Shown: positions 28,735 to 37,900 of the stretch, piece by piece | How positions within the stretch are numbered: position 1 is the stretch's first letter | Layout: every line of letters starts with the position of its first letter | Virus record (IMG/VR): IMGVR_UViG_3300042922_000643 | Coordinates: 1 to 64,000 of that record | Reading direction: 5' to 3' (one strand) | DNA: 64,000 bases | Translations under genes and position numbers: made by a program | Notes under the pieces: model-generated | Told to the model about the DNA's origin: nothing | What the model saw: only the letters and a program-made list of their open reading frames with translations | Databases searched by the model: none

Positions 28735-29451
28735 ATAGAAAGGAGTCAATGAAAATGAGAGAAATGAATATCAAGCCTTTAAGATGTGAGGTTCTTCGTC
28801 AGCAACTTTGGGAAATCCAGTTCGCTGAAGACCCTGCAAAACATGTCGCTAAACTTGCAAGGGTATTAGAGGAAATTATTGATATGATTGACCCATTACC
28901 TGGTGCGCCAAAGGAGGAAGTATGATGTTTGATCTTCGAAACGACTTTAAAACAAGACTTAATCTGCCTGATGATACAAGTTTTAGTTTTAAAGAAATTC
29001 GATTATATGAAAAAATTGATTGGTGGACTAAAAAATTTAAAAATGGTGATGAAACCAAAGCTATTGACTTGAAAAACCTTCTTGATACAAAACATGAATA
29101 TGATACTAGCATACTGTTATTGAAAGATCTTCTCAATGATTATGTTAATCACGGTAAATATGAAGAAGTTTCTAACGTTGTTACCCGTATGAAAATACTT
29201 GAACATCGCTGGAATTGTTTTAATATGATCCAAATTTAAAGGAGGAAATATAATGTTTGGGCAAAAGAAAAAAAAGGTTGAGAATGCATACACTCTTGTA
29301 ATTGATTGGGACAAGGTAAAGACGGTAGAAGATATGACGTCTATCCTAAGACTGATACACCCATTTTCTTTTATCGTTCTTAACGAAGAAGCAGCTGAAA
29401 AAGGTCGTATACTTCATCTTACGAAAAAAGTAATAAAATAGGAGGCACCAT

Positions 29452-30651
29452 ATGATTCCACAAAAGTTTGTTGAAGAGCTTAAGAGCAAGATTAACATCC
29501 TTGATGTCGCTTCTAGCTACTTTGACATTGAGAAATCTGGATCGGTTTATCAGGCTTACTGCCTCCATGGAGATAAGAATACAAAGTCTTTAACGTTTTT
29601 TCCTGAAACGAATACCTTCCATTGTTTTGGATGCGGTGCGGGTTCAAAGCAGGTTACAGACGGATCAGATATTGTATCCTTCATGATGTGGGTAGAGAAA
29701 TGTAACTTTCCAGAGGCTGTAGAGAAACTTGCAGCTCTAGGTGGAGTCGAGGTTCCTCAGAAAGATTTGAATGCAGAAGAAAAGAAGCGGCAAACGATGC
29801 TGTTCAAAACACTTCAAGAAAATCGACAGTATTATAACACTCTACGTGGTAATGAGGAGATGCTTAAGTATCTCTGGGGACGTGGTATTGGGAATATGGA
29901 GATCGAGAAATGGAGAATCGGATACGTCGGCAAGGACGATGTCACCAAGGCAGCAGGACGTATTGCTTTTGCGATCATGGATAGCTGGGGAGATACAGTT
30001 GGATTCTCTTATCGAAACATGGAATCCTACATACCCTCTGCGGACAATCCAGATACGGGTCCGAAGTATATTAACTCTCCGAAGTCAGCCCTATTCGACA
30101 AGGGAGCGATCCTGTACGGACTGAACTTTATCAAGAAGATGATCCGCGAGAGGGATTATGTAGTCATCGTAGAGGGGTTCGGCGATGCGATCATTGGTCA
30201 GAAATATGACTGTCCATTTGTAGGCCTCATGGGGACCTCGTTAACTCAGGCTCATTTGGATCTACTTAGCCTCTATACTAAGAACATTTATGTCTGGTTT
30301 GACGGTGATGCTGGAGGACTGAATGCATCTCTTCGTCATATCGACGCGCTACGTTCCAGAGGTTTCTTGGTTAAAGTTATCTACACACCGAATAATGATC
30401 CTGATGATGTCATTCAGGGTGTTGGTTCTGATCTTGAAGAATGGATTATGGATAACGCTATTCTTGCAGGACAATTTCAGATCAATCTCATCATGAATAA
30501 GCACAATTCGGCGATGACAGAACAGAAAATCAAAACAGTTTCTCTCATTAAAAATCTGCTTGCTGGAATCTCTGATGGACACGAGAAAGAAATCTACTGT
30601 AATCAGGTTGCTGAACATTTGGGTGTAGATCCAATCACTTTAAGGAGGTAG
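29452..30651 (+). CDS. dnaG: DNA primase
   Basis: CHC2 Zn finger (CLH...CFGC), PKYINSP, VEGFGD, FDGDAGG TOPRIM, DPDD. Confidence 0.95.
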   Translation: MIPQKFVEELKSKINILDVASSYFDIEKSGSVYQAYCLHGDKNTKSLTFFPETNTFHCFGCGAGSKQVTDGSDIVSFMMWVEKCNFPEAVEKLAALGGVEVPQKDLNAEEKKRQTMLFKTLQENRQYYNTLRGNEEMLKYLWGRGIGNMEIEKWRIGYVGKDDVTKAAGRIAFAIMDSWGDTVGFSYRNMESYIPSADNPDTGPKYINSPKSALFDKGAILYGLNFIKKMIRERDYVVIVEGFGDAIIGQKYDCPFVGLMGTSLTQAHLDLLSLYTKNIYVWFDGDAGGLNASLRHIDALRSRGFLVKVIYTPNNDPDDVIQGVGSDLEEWIMDNAILAGQFQINLIMNKHNSAMTEQKIKTVSLIKNLLAGISDGHEKEIYCNQVAEHLGVDPITLRR

Positions 30652-30944
30652 AGATATGAAACGAACTAAAACAAAAATTAAACTGGAGAAGCTGGATGAT
30701 CTGGCTTCTTCTATTATTTTTTATACTCAAGGTGATCGAAAATATTTCACAGAAAAACACCTTGAAGGGTATAGATTTAAAGCAGGCGCAAACTTTCAAA
30801 CTCTTATTGATTTGGGTTTTAGAGCTCGTAAGCATGGTGGGTTTAAGTTTGAGCGTGAAGTTTCTTATGTTCGAGCAGAGTTAGAGCAATATATTGAACC
30901 GTTAAGAGTTAGGGATCGATGGTTCTTCCCCTGGAATTCATGAC

Positions 30945-31205
30945 ATGGATGCTCCAAAATTCAACGTAAGGGATGAGGTTGTTGTCACTTTTCCTGACGG
31001 ATCTAGGATCAGAGGGAAAATATATCCTATTCCTGGGGCTTTTTTAAATGAGAAAGGCTACCTCGTGCTATATGAACATACAAGATTTTATATTGAAAAT
31101 GGGAAACGTTATTTCACAAGCGGAGCAAGACACCCTGAGTATATGATCACTTTATTCATAGAGAACAATGACTACTACCACCTTCAACTCGACGACCTGG
31201 AATAG
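30945..31205 (+). CDS. Small beta-barrel-like hypothetical protein, tag NDYYHLQLDDLE
   Basis: PKFNVRDEVVV N-terminus; C-terminal tag. Confidence 0.65.
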   Translation: MDAPKFNVRDEVVVTFPDGSRIRGKIYPIPGAFLNEKGYLVLYEHTRFYIENGKRYFTSGARHPEYMITLFIENNDYYHLQLDDLE

Positions 31206-31314
31206 CAAACATTGCCAAATTCCATGATATGTTATATAATTCATCTAGTATATGGGTGTGTTTTAAATAGATTGCAATCCTTGAGACGACCAATGAAATA
31301 AGGAGGACGCATGA

Positions 31315-32091
31315 ATGGGTTCTAAGCATTCAGGGCGAGCCTATCGTTTCCTTGTACCTATTGTGATTATTGTAGTTCTATTAATTGCATGGGGCACTAG
31401 AGAACATAGTCTAAGCCAGAAGCACCAGTCTACGATCTCTTCCCTTAAATCAGAACTAAGTAGCAAGGGTCAGGTTATTGAGAATAAGAATATCCTCATT
31501 CAGCAGAAACAAGCTGAACTTGATCTCCAGTCTTCGCTGCTGGAACAACAGCAAAAGAAGCTAGACAAAAGACAGGCTATTATCGAGCTGAATATTAAGG
31601 AGGCGCAAGTCTCCGATAATAAGATCGAAGCTCAAAAGAAGACTATCAATCAATTGCAAAAGAAGTTGTCTTCGGAACAGTCCAATACCAGTTTGAAAGC
31701 CAAGCCAACCACTGTAAATGCTACTACAGTCTCGGCAAAAGCATCAGGAAGCTTTCAATCTGGATGGACTGCAACTTACTATTCGCTAAGCGTGGCTTCC
31801 ACTGGGAAGAGACCAGGTCACCCTGGCTACGGAATCACGGCTAGCGGACGTAAGGTAGTAGACGGTGTTACGATTGCCGTTGATCCACGATACATTCCTT
31901 TGGGAACTTGGATCGAAATTAAAATGCCTAACGGCGAAGTCATCAAACGAAGAGCCGACGATACAGGCTCCGCCATTAAAGGACATAAGCTAGATATTTA
32001 TGTGGCTGGCGTCAGTGACTCATACATCTATCAAGAACTTGGTAAGAAACAAATCTCTATCCGTATTCTCGGAAAGGGAGAACTGAACTAA
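31315..32091 (+). CDS. Membrane-anchored coiled-coil plus 3D-domain cell-wall protein
   Basis: N-terminal TM; ATYY, GITASG, IAVDPRYIPLGT, ADDTGSAIKGHKLDIY. Confidence 0.9.
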   Translation: MGSKHSGRAYRFLVPIVIIVVLLIAWGTREHSLSQKHQSTISSLKSELSSKGQVIENKNILIQQKQAELDLQSSLLEQQQKKLDKRQAIIELNIKEAQVSDNKIEAQKKTINQLQKKLSSEQSNTSLKAKPTTVNATTVSAKASGSFQSGWTATYYSLSVASTGKRPGHPGYGITASGRKVVDGVTIAVDPRYIPLGTWIEIKMPNGEVIKRRADDTGSAIKGHKLDIYVAGVSDSYIYQELGKKQISIRILGKGELN

Positions 32092-32156
32092 AAATCTGTA
32101 AAAATATACTAGACGCTCTGGGATTGCGTTACTTTGTACTGCTGCGATATAATGTT

Positions 32157-32248
32157 GGTATAGCGAGAACACACCCTCTCGCTGTGCCGATCTGTGGTTG
32201 CAACCAGCAGAACAGCATCAAGGGTTTCTCACTAGAGAGCCCTTTTTG
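32157..32248 (+). ncRNA. Candidate ~90-nt small RNA with its own promoter and terminator
   Basis: TTGCGT-N18-TATAAT (32124-32153); 12-bp 5' stem with ACACACCC loop; second hairpin; AAGGGTTTCTC-ACTA-GAGAGCCCTT terminator plus T-run. Confidence 0.55.
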
Positions 32249-32324
32249 TTTGTAAATTTTTGAAGACGTATATAGAAATATAAGGTATAATACTGTTACT
32301 ACCATAACACGGAGGTTATGAACC

Positions 32325-32507
32325 ATGGCAAAAAGCAGTGCAAGAAAGAAGAGAGAACATAGGGTGCGACAAGGAAAATTAAATCCTGAGAATTCCAGAG
32401 GCAGTTGGAATGGTGTTATGCCTGTGACTAAGGTGAAACCAAACAAGAAAAAAGATCACCGCTTTGGTGATTATGATCGAGCTTACAACATTGTTGTAGG
32501 TTGGTAA
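32325..32507 (+). CDS. Small basic protein
   Basis: TATAAT and GGAGG upstream; MAKSSARKKREHRVRQGKLNP. Confidence 0.7.
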   Translation: MAKSSARKKREHRVRQGKLNPENSRGSWNGVMPVTKVKPNKKKDHRFGDYDRAYNIVVGW

Positions 32508-32532
32508 ATAATCATGAGAGAGGAGACCAACA

Positions 32533-32850
32533 ATGTGGTGTAGAATCATGGAGAACACGGAGAATCCTTCTAATATCTTTGAATTTGAAAGCAACAATGA
32601 TTTAATTGTTCATTATACCGTATCGAAAGAAACAAGCACTCCAGTTGTTGAGATTACAAAGTTAGCTACTATTGAAAATAGACTGGAAACATGTGCTATT
32701 AGTCTTATCAAAAATGAAATTCAGATCCACCTATATACAGGAGAACAGTTATTCAGAGTTTGCGTAGGTGGAATCAGAAGATTCATGTTGTTTGAGCATA
32801 ATGATACAGTTCATGAACGACTAATTATTGATGTAACGAAAGACTTGTAG
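32533..32850 (+). CDS. Hypothetical protein directly upstream of the rSAM cassette
   Basis: AGGAG RBS; its stop is followed immediately by the RBS of 32862. Confidence 0.7.
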   Translation: MWCRIMENTENPSNIFEFESNNDLIVHYTVSKETSTPVVEITKLATIENRLETCAISLIKNEIQIHLYTGEQLFRVCVGGIRRFMLFEHNDTVHERLIIDVTKDL

Positions 32851-32861
32851 GAGGAGTAGAA

Positions 32862-33392
32862 ATGGCCGTACCAGGCAGCCTGTGGGTTCAAGGGACCCAG
32901 CTTCGTTTTACGAGTCAAAGCGGAGTCAACTTTGCATATGAAGGTACTTATAGTAGCTCGCCTGCTGGAGCTAAACCAGGCAGCTCATGGATCGAAGGCG
33001 ATAACTTCGCTTATATCGACCAGTATGGTTCTAAAAGACTCGTTATTAATTATACTGCTACTAATATTCCCGCCGCAGTTGCAGGCAGCTTATGGATTTA
33101 TGGCAATTATCTTTATTGGATTAACACTAATAAGAATAAAACCTACGGACATGGAGATGCAACTCATCAGAATACAAGCTATAATGATGGTAGTTATAAC
33201 GATTATAATAATTCATCAACATCCCATGGTGATTCTACGGTAACTTTCCAAGATTCGCCGACACATGGTAATCATGTACCCTACCATGCGGACTGGCCTG
33301 CTTCACATACGGATAGCTATAACTATCAAGATACACACAACAATAGCTACCATACGGATACTCCACATGCTGATTATCCTATTCAAGTGTAG
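32862..33392 (+). CDS. Putative radical-SAM substrate: three GS(L/S)W repeats plus a tail with 14 aromatic-X-(D/N) motifs
   Basis: Repeats PGSLWVQG / PGSSWIEG / AGSLWIYG at 35-aa spacing; tail HGD,HQN,YND,YND,YNN,HGD,FQD,HGN,HAD,HTD,YQD,HNN,HTD,HAD. Confidence 0.75.
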   Translation: MAVPGSLWVQGTQLRFTSQSGVNFAYEGTYSSSPAGAKPGSSWIEGDNFAYIDQYGSKRLVINYTATNIPAAVAGSLWIYGNYLYWINTNKNKTYGHGDATHQNTSYNDGSYNDYNNSSTSHGDSTVTFQDSPTHGNHVPYHADWPASHTDSYNYQDTHNNSYHTDTPHADYPIQV

Positions 33393-33407
33393 GGAGGAGA
33401 GAACACA

Positions 33408-34628
33408 TTGACAACAGAAGTGAGACCTATGGGTGTTTCGTGTCCTTTAAAATGTGTTTATTGCTATCAAGAACCCCAGAGGGTTGCGGGAAATACTAAT
33501 GCAAAATATGATTTGGCGAAGATGATTCAGGAGATCTCAAAGACTCGAACAAAGAATATTAATTTCTTTGGTGGCGAGATCTTAATGATGCCTATAGAAG
33601 ATCTAGAGGTACTGCTGGCTTACGCTCATGTTAAGTTCGGTGGATCAGGTGTTCAAACCAGCGGATCTATCATGAGAGATGAACATATTGAACTCTTCAA
33701 AAAGTACAATGTTCAGCTGGGCTTCTCCATTGACGGTCCTAACGAGCTAAACAGTCTCCGAGTTCCACGCAATCCAAAGACTCCTATTGAAAGTACAACG
33801 GATAATACAATGAAATATATCAAGCTATCAAAAGAAGCTGGGCTTGATGTAGGCCTTATTATTACCCTTCATAGAGAAAACTCTACTCCAGAACGTATTC
33901 CACGGTTGTTTAATTTTATCAAGTGGTTATGGGATCTTGGTATTCGTAGCGGGAATATTCATACTCTAGAAATTGAATCTACAATGCCGAACCACGACTT
34001 TGTATTGACACAAGAAGAGAACATCTGGGCTTACACCCAACTTGCCGAGTTCTTTAAAACGCTTCCTGACCATGGATGGAATCCTTTCGCAGAGATTAAA
34101 GACTTACTGATGGGTAACGATCAAAAAACTCTTTGTTATTGGCACCGATGCGATCCATTGAATACTCAAGCTGTCCACGGAATCGAAGGTGACGGTGCAA
34201 TCTCTAACTGTGGACGAGCAAATAAAGAAGGAATTGACTGGGTCAAAGCTCCTGATAATTATTATGCAAGATACATCAGCTTCTATCATACGCCTCAAGA
34301 TATGGGTGGCTGTAATGGATGCCGCTTCTGGACAGTATGCGGAGGAAGTTGCCCAGGTGAATCCGATCAGGGGGATTTCAGAAATAAAACAACACATTGC
34401 TCTACTCAGAAAGCAATACTTTCCTATTATGAAAAAGAACTTATTGATGAAGGCAAGCTACCCATTACGACATCGCCTTTGCTTCCTCTTGTTGAACAGC
34501 TCGTTCTTAATGGTCTTGAAAGAGGAGAGAACTTATATCTTAATACTGTTATTTCAATGATTGAAGAGATGAGAACAGAAGTCATCCAACTGGAAGTCGT
34601 AGAGGAGGATATCAATGAAACTACTTGA
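33408..34628 (+). CDS. Radical SAM/SPASM peptide or protein maturase
   Basis: CPLKCVYC, FFGGE, QTSG, FSIDGP; SPASM cysteines CYWHRC, NC, CNGC-x5-C-x3-C-x15-C. Confidence 0.92.
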   Translation: MTTEVRPMGVSCPLKCVYCYQEPQRVAGNTNAKYDLAKMIQEISKTRTKNINFFGGEILMMPIEDLEVLLAYAHVKFGGSGVQTSGSIMRDEHIELFKKYNVQLGFSIDGPNELNSLRVPRNPKTPIESTTDNTMKYIKLSKEAGLDVGLIITLHRENSTPERIPRLFNFIKWLWDLGIRSGNIHTLEIESTMPNHDFVLTQEENIWAYTQLAEFFKTLPDHGWNPFAEIKDLLMGNDQKTLCYWHRCDPLNTQAVHGIEGDGAISNCGRANKEGIDWVKAPDNYYARYISFYHTPQDMGGCNGCRFWTVCGGSCPGESDQGDFRNKTTHCSTQKAILSYYEKELIDEGKLPITTSPLLPLVEQLVLNGLERGENLYLNTVISMIEEMRTEVIQLEVVEEDINETT

Positions 34629-35559
34629 TTTTAGTATGCCACCATTTGCAAGAACGGTTTGGGCCTCTCAAGAAATAGAGAAGGAGTGGCGTCCCAAACT
34701 GGCTTTAGCCTCTCAAGCTTATGAGCGTTTAGAGTATGAAACGGTTGTTCATGGCCTTAGAGCCTGTACAACAGCACATTGTACTCCTGATGATATGGTT
34801 CGTCGGATTCAATTTTATGCAAAGAAAGGTCTTATGTATCATCCCTTACAGCAAGTAGGTGCTTATACAGGGTTCGCTCATACACACCCTCCAGTTATTC
34901 CAGGAAAACCTTGGACCTGGTTCGGTGTTGTAGCTAAAGACCCTCTTGATGCTTACACCTTTGCTGAGGCATCTGCATTGACAGAAGATTCCGCGGGTAA
35001 GGAAATAGATCACTCAACGATTGGCACTCTTCTTGGATACCCTGAATGCTGCCGAAAGTTCTTCACAGATGTATGGGCCGCGGGATATGTTGATCCTGTA
35101 TGGCAACAAGCAGAAAACTGTGAAGGTGAATACGTAGTGAAGAAAGAAGAGCATCTTATTCAGCTAAGCAAGGAGACTCCATGGGAGACTTCACCACTAC
35201 TGAGATACATTGGAGTACGTATCATGCCTCACATTCCATGCTCTCATGATTGTAAACCTTCTCTGGTTATCGCAAGAAGTTGGTTGGATCTTGGTAGAGA
35301 GTTGGCCATACCAGGCATGGAAGAGCTTGAGCAATTTCTTCGGATGCCAGTAGAATGGGATTGCTTGAAGGGGATAGCCTATGTGTCTACTCCAATCTTC
35401 AAGATTGAAACGAATTCCATGACATGTTATCCACGGCATGTTGTTCAAAAGGAAGGAACATTTAGACCAAAGAGTGGAGCAAAAGGACTGAAGTTTCCTT
35501 TTATTCCGCTAGGATCTGATAAGTTTGCTCACCTCTTTGGAGGAGGAAGCGGGTGCTAA
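34615..35559 (+). CDS. Cys/His-rich partner protein (GYPECC motif, tentatively DUF483-like)
   Basis: Overlaps the rSAM stop; IGTLLGYPECC, HIPCSHDC, AHTH. Confidence 0.65.
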   Translation: MKLLDFSMPPFARTVWASQEIEKEWRPKLALASQAYERLEYETVVHGLRACTTAHCTPDDMVRRIQFYAKKGLMYHPLQQVGAYTGFAHTHPPVIPGKPWTWFGVVAKDPLDAYTFAEASALTEDSAGKEIDHSTIGTLLGYPECCRKFFTDVWAAGYVDPVWQQAENCEGEYVVKKEEHLIQLSKETPWETSPLLRYIGVRIMPHIPCSHDCKPSLVIARSWLDLGRELAIPGMEELEQFLRMPVEWDCLKGIAYVSTPIFKIETNSMTCYPRHVVQKEGTFRPKSGAKGLKFPFIPLGSDKFAHLFGGGSGC

Positions 35560-35562
35560 TTC

Positions 35563-35808
35563 ATGTTTAAACAACGTTTATGGGATTGCCTTTTGGCAGT
35601 CCTTTCTTTTATTGTAGCAATAGTATTAATCATTGGTATAGCTTTTCTAGCTGTTTTCTTGTCAGACATCTATTGGTTTAAGATACTTGTAAGTACTGTT
35701 GTTATTCTTATCTTGTCCTTCGTTGTTATTATCGCTCTTTCACTGTTTGTTAACTGGCTGTTTATTGAACCATACAAACATTGGAAAGAAGAAAATAAAA
35801 ACAGATAG
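35563..35808 (+). CDS. Small membrane protein (2 TM)
   Basis: Highly hydrophobic; 3 nt after the previous stop. Confidence 0.65.
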   Translation: MFKQRLWDCLLAVLSFIVAIVLIIGIAFLAVFLSDIYWFKILVSTVVILILSFVVIIALSLFVNWLFIEPYKHWKEENKNR

Positions 35809-35915
35809 ATCAAAGATGATCCTTGCCAAAATTTGTATTCTGTATTAAAATGGTAATTATTACAGGACCTATAAGTTTCGTAGTTCCTAGTGATTAAATT
35901 CACTAAGATGAAGGG

Positions 35916-36245
35916 ATGTTGATGAGATTGAGTTCGCAAAATGTAAGTAATGCTTTTATGACGTTCATGAAAGAGGCTCCTAAACAATACGAAGCTTGGC
36001 AAGAAATGATTATGAAACTTGACGTAGCAAGCGCACTTGTCAATAAGACAGAGGAGCTTGCCTATATTTCAGTTCTTGCCGCTGTTAGACTAGAAAGCGG
36101 TTTGGAGTTCCATGTAAAACAAGCAAAATCTTTTGGAGCTACGCGGGATGAAATCATTAGTGCAATTCTATTACCACTTCCCGCTGTTGGTAATGTAGCC
36201 ATTCAATCTCTACCAATCGCATTACAAGCTTACGATGTGTCATAA
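35916..36245 (+). CDS. Carboxymuconolactone decarboxylase (CMD/AhpD-like) family protein
   Basis: KTEELAYISVLAA...FHVKQAKSFGATRDEI. Confidence 0.8.
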   Translation: MLMRLSSQNVSNAFMTFMKEAPKQYEAWQEMIMKLDVASALVNKTEELAYISVLAAVRLESGLEFHVKQAKSFGATRDEIISAILLPLPAVGNVAIQSLPIALQAYDVS

Positions 36246-36350
36246 TCTTCAAAATTATACAGAAGAAAAACAGGGTTTACTATATAGGCTCTAAAGGTTA
36301 TAGTGCTTGTGTTCAATCAGTTTGCACTATTTACATAAGGAGGATGTACA

Positions 36351-36707
36351 GTGAAACTTGTATTTACCAAGACACTACTGAACAACATCTACACAGTTAA
36401 TTTGGCTGTCGAAGAAGTTGAGGACACCGACACTGCTCTGTTCGCAGATTTCGGCGAACCTTCCATCAACATCGGTGGAGAGATCAAGTCAGGCGCTACC
36501 ACACTAGCGACATTGCCTGCGAACTTCCGTAAGGTTGTATCTCAGATGCCTGTCGTCATGCGGTTTGCTGACAAGGATTATTCCAACAATGCCAAAGCCG
36601 TAGCTGAAGCATGGGTGTTGACCGTCGAAGGTCGCATCAACACAGAGATGACAACTATCCGCGCAAAGACTGATGACTTTAGCGGTCCTGAGGAATTCAT
36701 CATCTAA
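36351..36707 (+). CDS. Monocistronic hypothetical protein, possibly highly expressed or virion-associated
   Basis: AAGGAGG RBS, many C-ending codons, own terminator. Confidence 0.75.
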   Translation: MKLVFTKTLLNNIYTVNLAVEEVEDTDTALFADFGEPSINIGGEIKSGATTLATLPANFRKVVSQMPVVMRFADKDYSNNAKAVAEAWVLTVEGRINTEMTTIRAKTDDFSGPEEFII

Positions 36708-36721
36708 TATCTACTTGCGCA

Positions 36722-36748
36722 AAGAGGGGCCGAAAGGCCTCTTTTTTA
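36722..36748 (+). terminator. Intrinsic terminator
   Basis: GGCC-GAAA-GGCC hairpin followed by TCTTTTTT. Confidence 0.75.
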
Positions 36749-37192
36749 TCTCTTGATTTTACCTACCATGATTTGTATAATTAAATCTAGTAGGGTTTCG
36801 TGGATTACGAGACCCATTGTTGCTATCGTTTAGTTTCAATAGGTTAATATGGTCGGGGGGATCATCGTGAAGAAAAAACTAGAAAAAGCTTGGACACTGG
36901 AACCAGGACAAAGGTACCTACTGGACAAGAAGCTTGAGCGGATTATTGATACGTACCATTCAGAAAACCAAGGAAAAAATATTCTGATCTCCAACCAGCA
37001 TGAAGACGGCATTTATTTTATGATTCTAAATTCAGATGGTACGGTTATCGATGCAGATGTCGCCCTATTATTTCAGGACGACTATTCTTTTTTACAGAAG
37101 GAAAAAGCGCTTACCTTAACCCAGTCGTACATGAGGTACATGAGGTTGCTGGGCGAAGCAATTAACCAGCTTGAAGAAGAGAGTGACCAGCC

Positions 37193-37900
37193 ATGAAACA
37201 GCTGGTTGCTATCTCTGGCAAGATCGCCTCGGGAAAGACCACAGTGTCGGATTATTTTGTACGGGAGTATGAATACCAACGGGTATCCTTTTCTTCTCCA
37301 TTTAAGTGGATCGTCGAGCACTGGTATAAAACTCAATACAATACAATGTTTGCAGATGAAAGAGGGTATTACACTGGTCTTTTTGAAAAAATGGATCTTC
37401 AAATTCATTTGAGTCAAGTGTGTGATTCTCCTGTCTCTGCAAATAAAGCTTACAATATTTTAATGTACGAGATTTTTCCCAGCACTCCTGATATAGATTG
37501 GGAAGTGGAAAAGAATCTTGAATGGAGACAACTTCTTCAGCGGGTTGGGAATACGTTAAGAGATCAAGTCGATCCAGACATATGGGTAAAAGCTTTAGTT
37601 CGTAGTCTTTCACCTGGTAATCTTTACATCTGCGATGATGTACGATATCCTAATGAATATTTTGGACTAGAAGAAGCTGGATTTGTGAACATTAGACTAG
37701 ACATCTCTCCTGAAGAACAGGCTCGGAGAATTAAAAGGAAATACGGTGAGCTGCCCCGCGAACGACTGGAGCATATCTCAGAAGTCGCACTAGACAATCA
37801 TCCTTTTCCTTATCGCGTTAATGCAGACATGCCTCTAGCTGATGTTATTAACGAGGTGAGTATTATAACGCAAATGGGGGATATGGATGACAGTTATTGA
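37193..37900 (+). CDS. Deoxynucleoside monophosphate kinase
   Basis: ISGKIASGKTT, RQLLQRVG, DIWV, DDVRYPNE, HISE. Confidence 0.88.
   Translation: MKQLVAISGKIASGKTTVSDYFVREYEYQRVSFSSPFKWIVEHWYKTQYNTMFADERGYYTGLFEKMDLQIHLSQVCDSPVSANKAYNILMYEIFPSTPDIDWEVEKNLEWRQLLQRVGNTLRDQVDPDIWVKALVRSLSPGNLYICDDVRYPNEYFGLEEAGFVNIRLDISPEEQARRIKRKYGELPRERLEHISEVALDNHPFPYRVNADMPLADVINEVSIITQMGDMDDSY

Noticed and set aside
33408-34628. rSAM as an anaerobic sulfatase maturase, QueE or a second NrdG
   Set aside because: No sulfatase or queuosine genes in the window; NrdG is already present; the SPASM domain and the adjacent motif-rich protein fit a peptide/protein maturase better.
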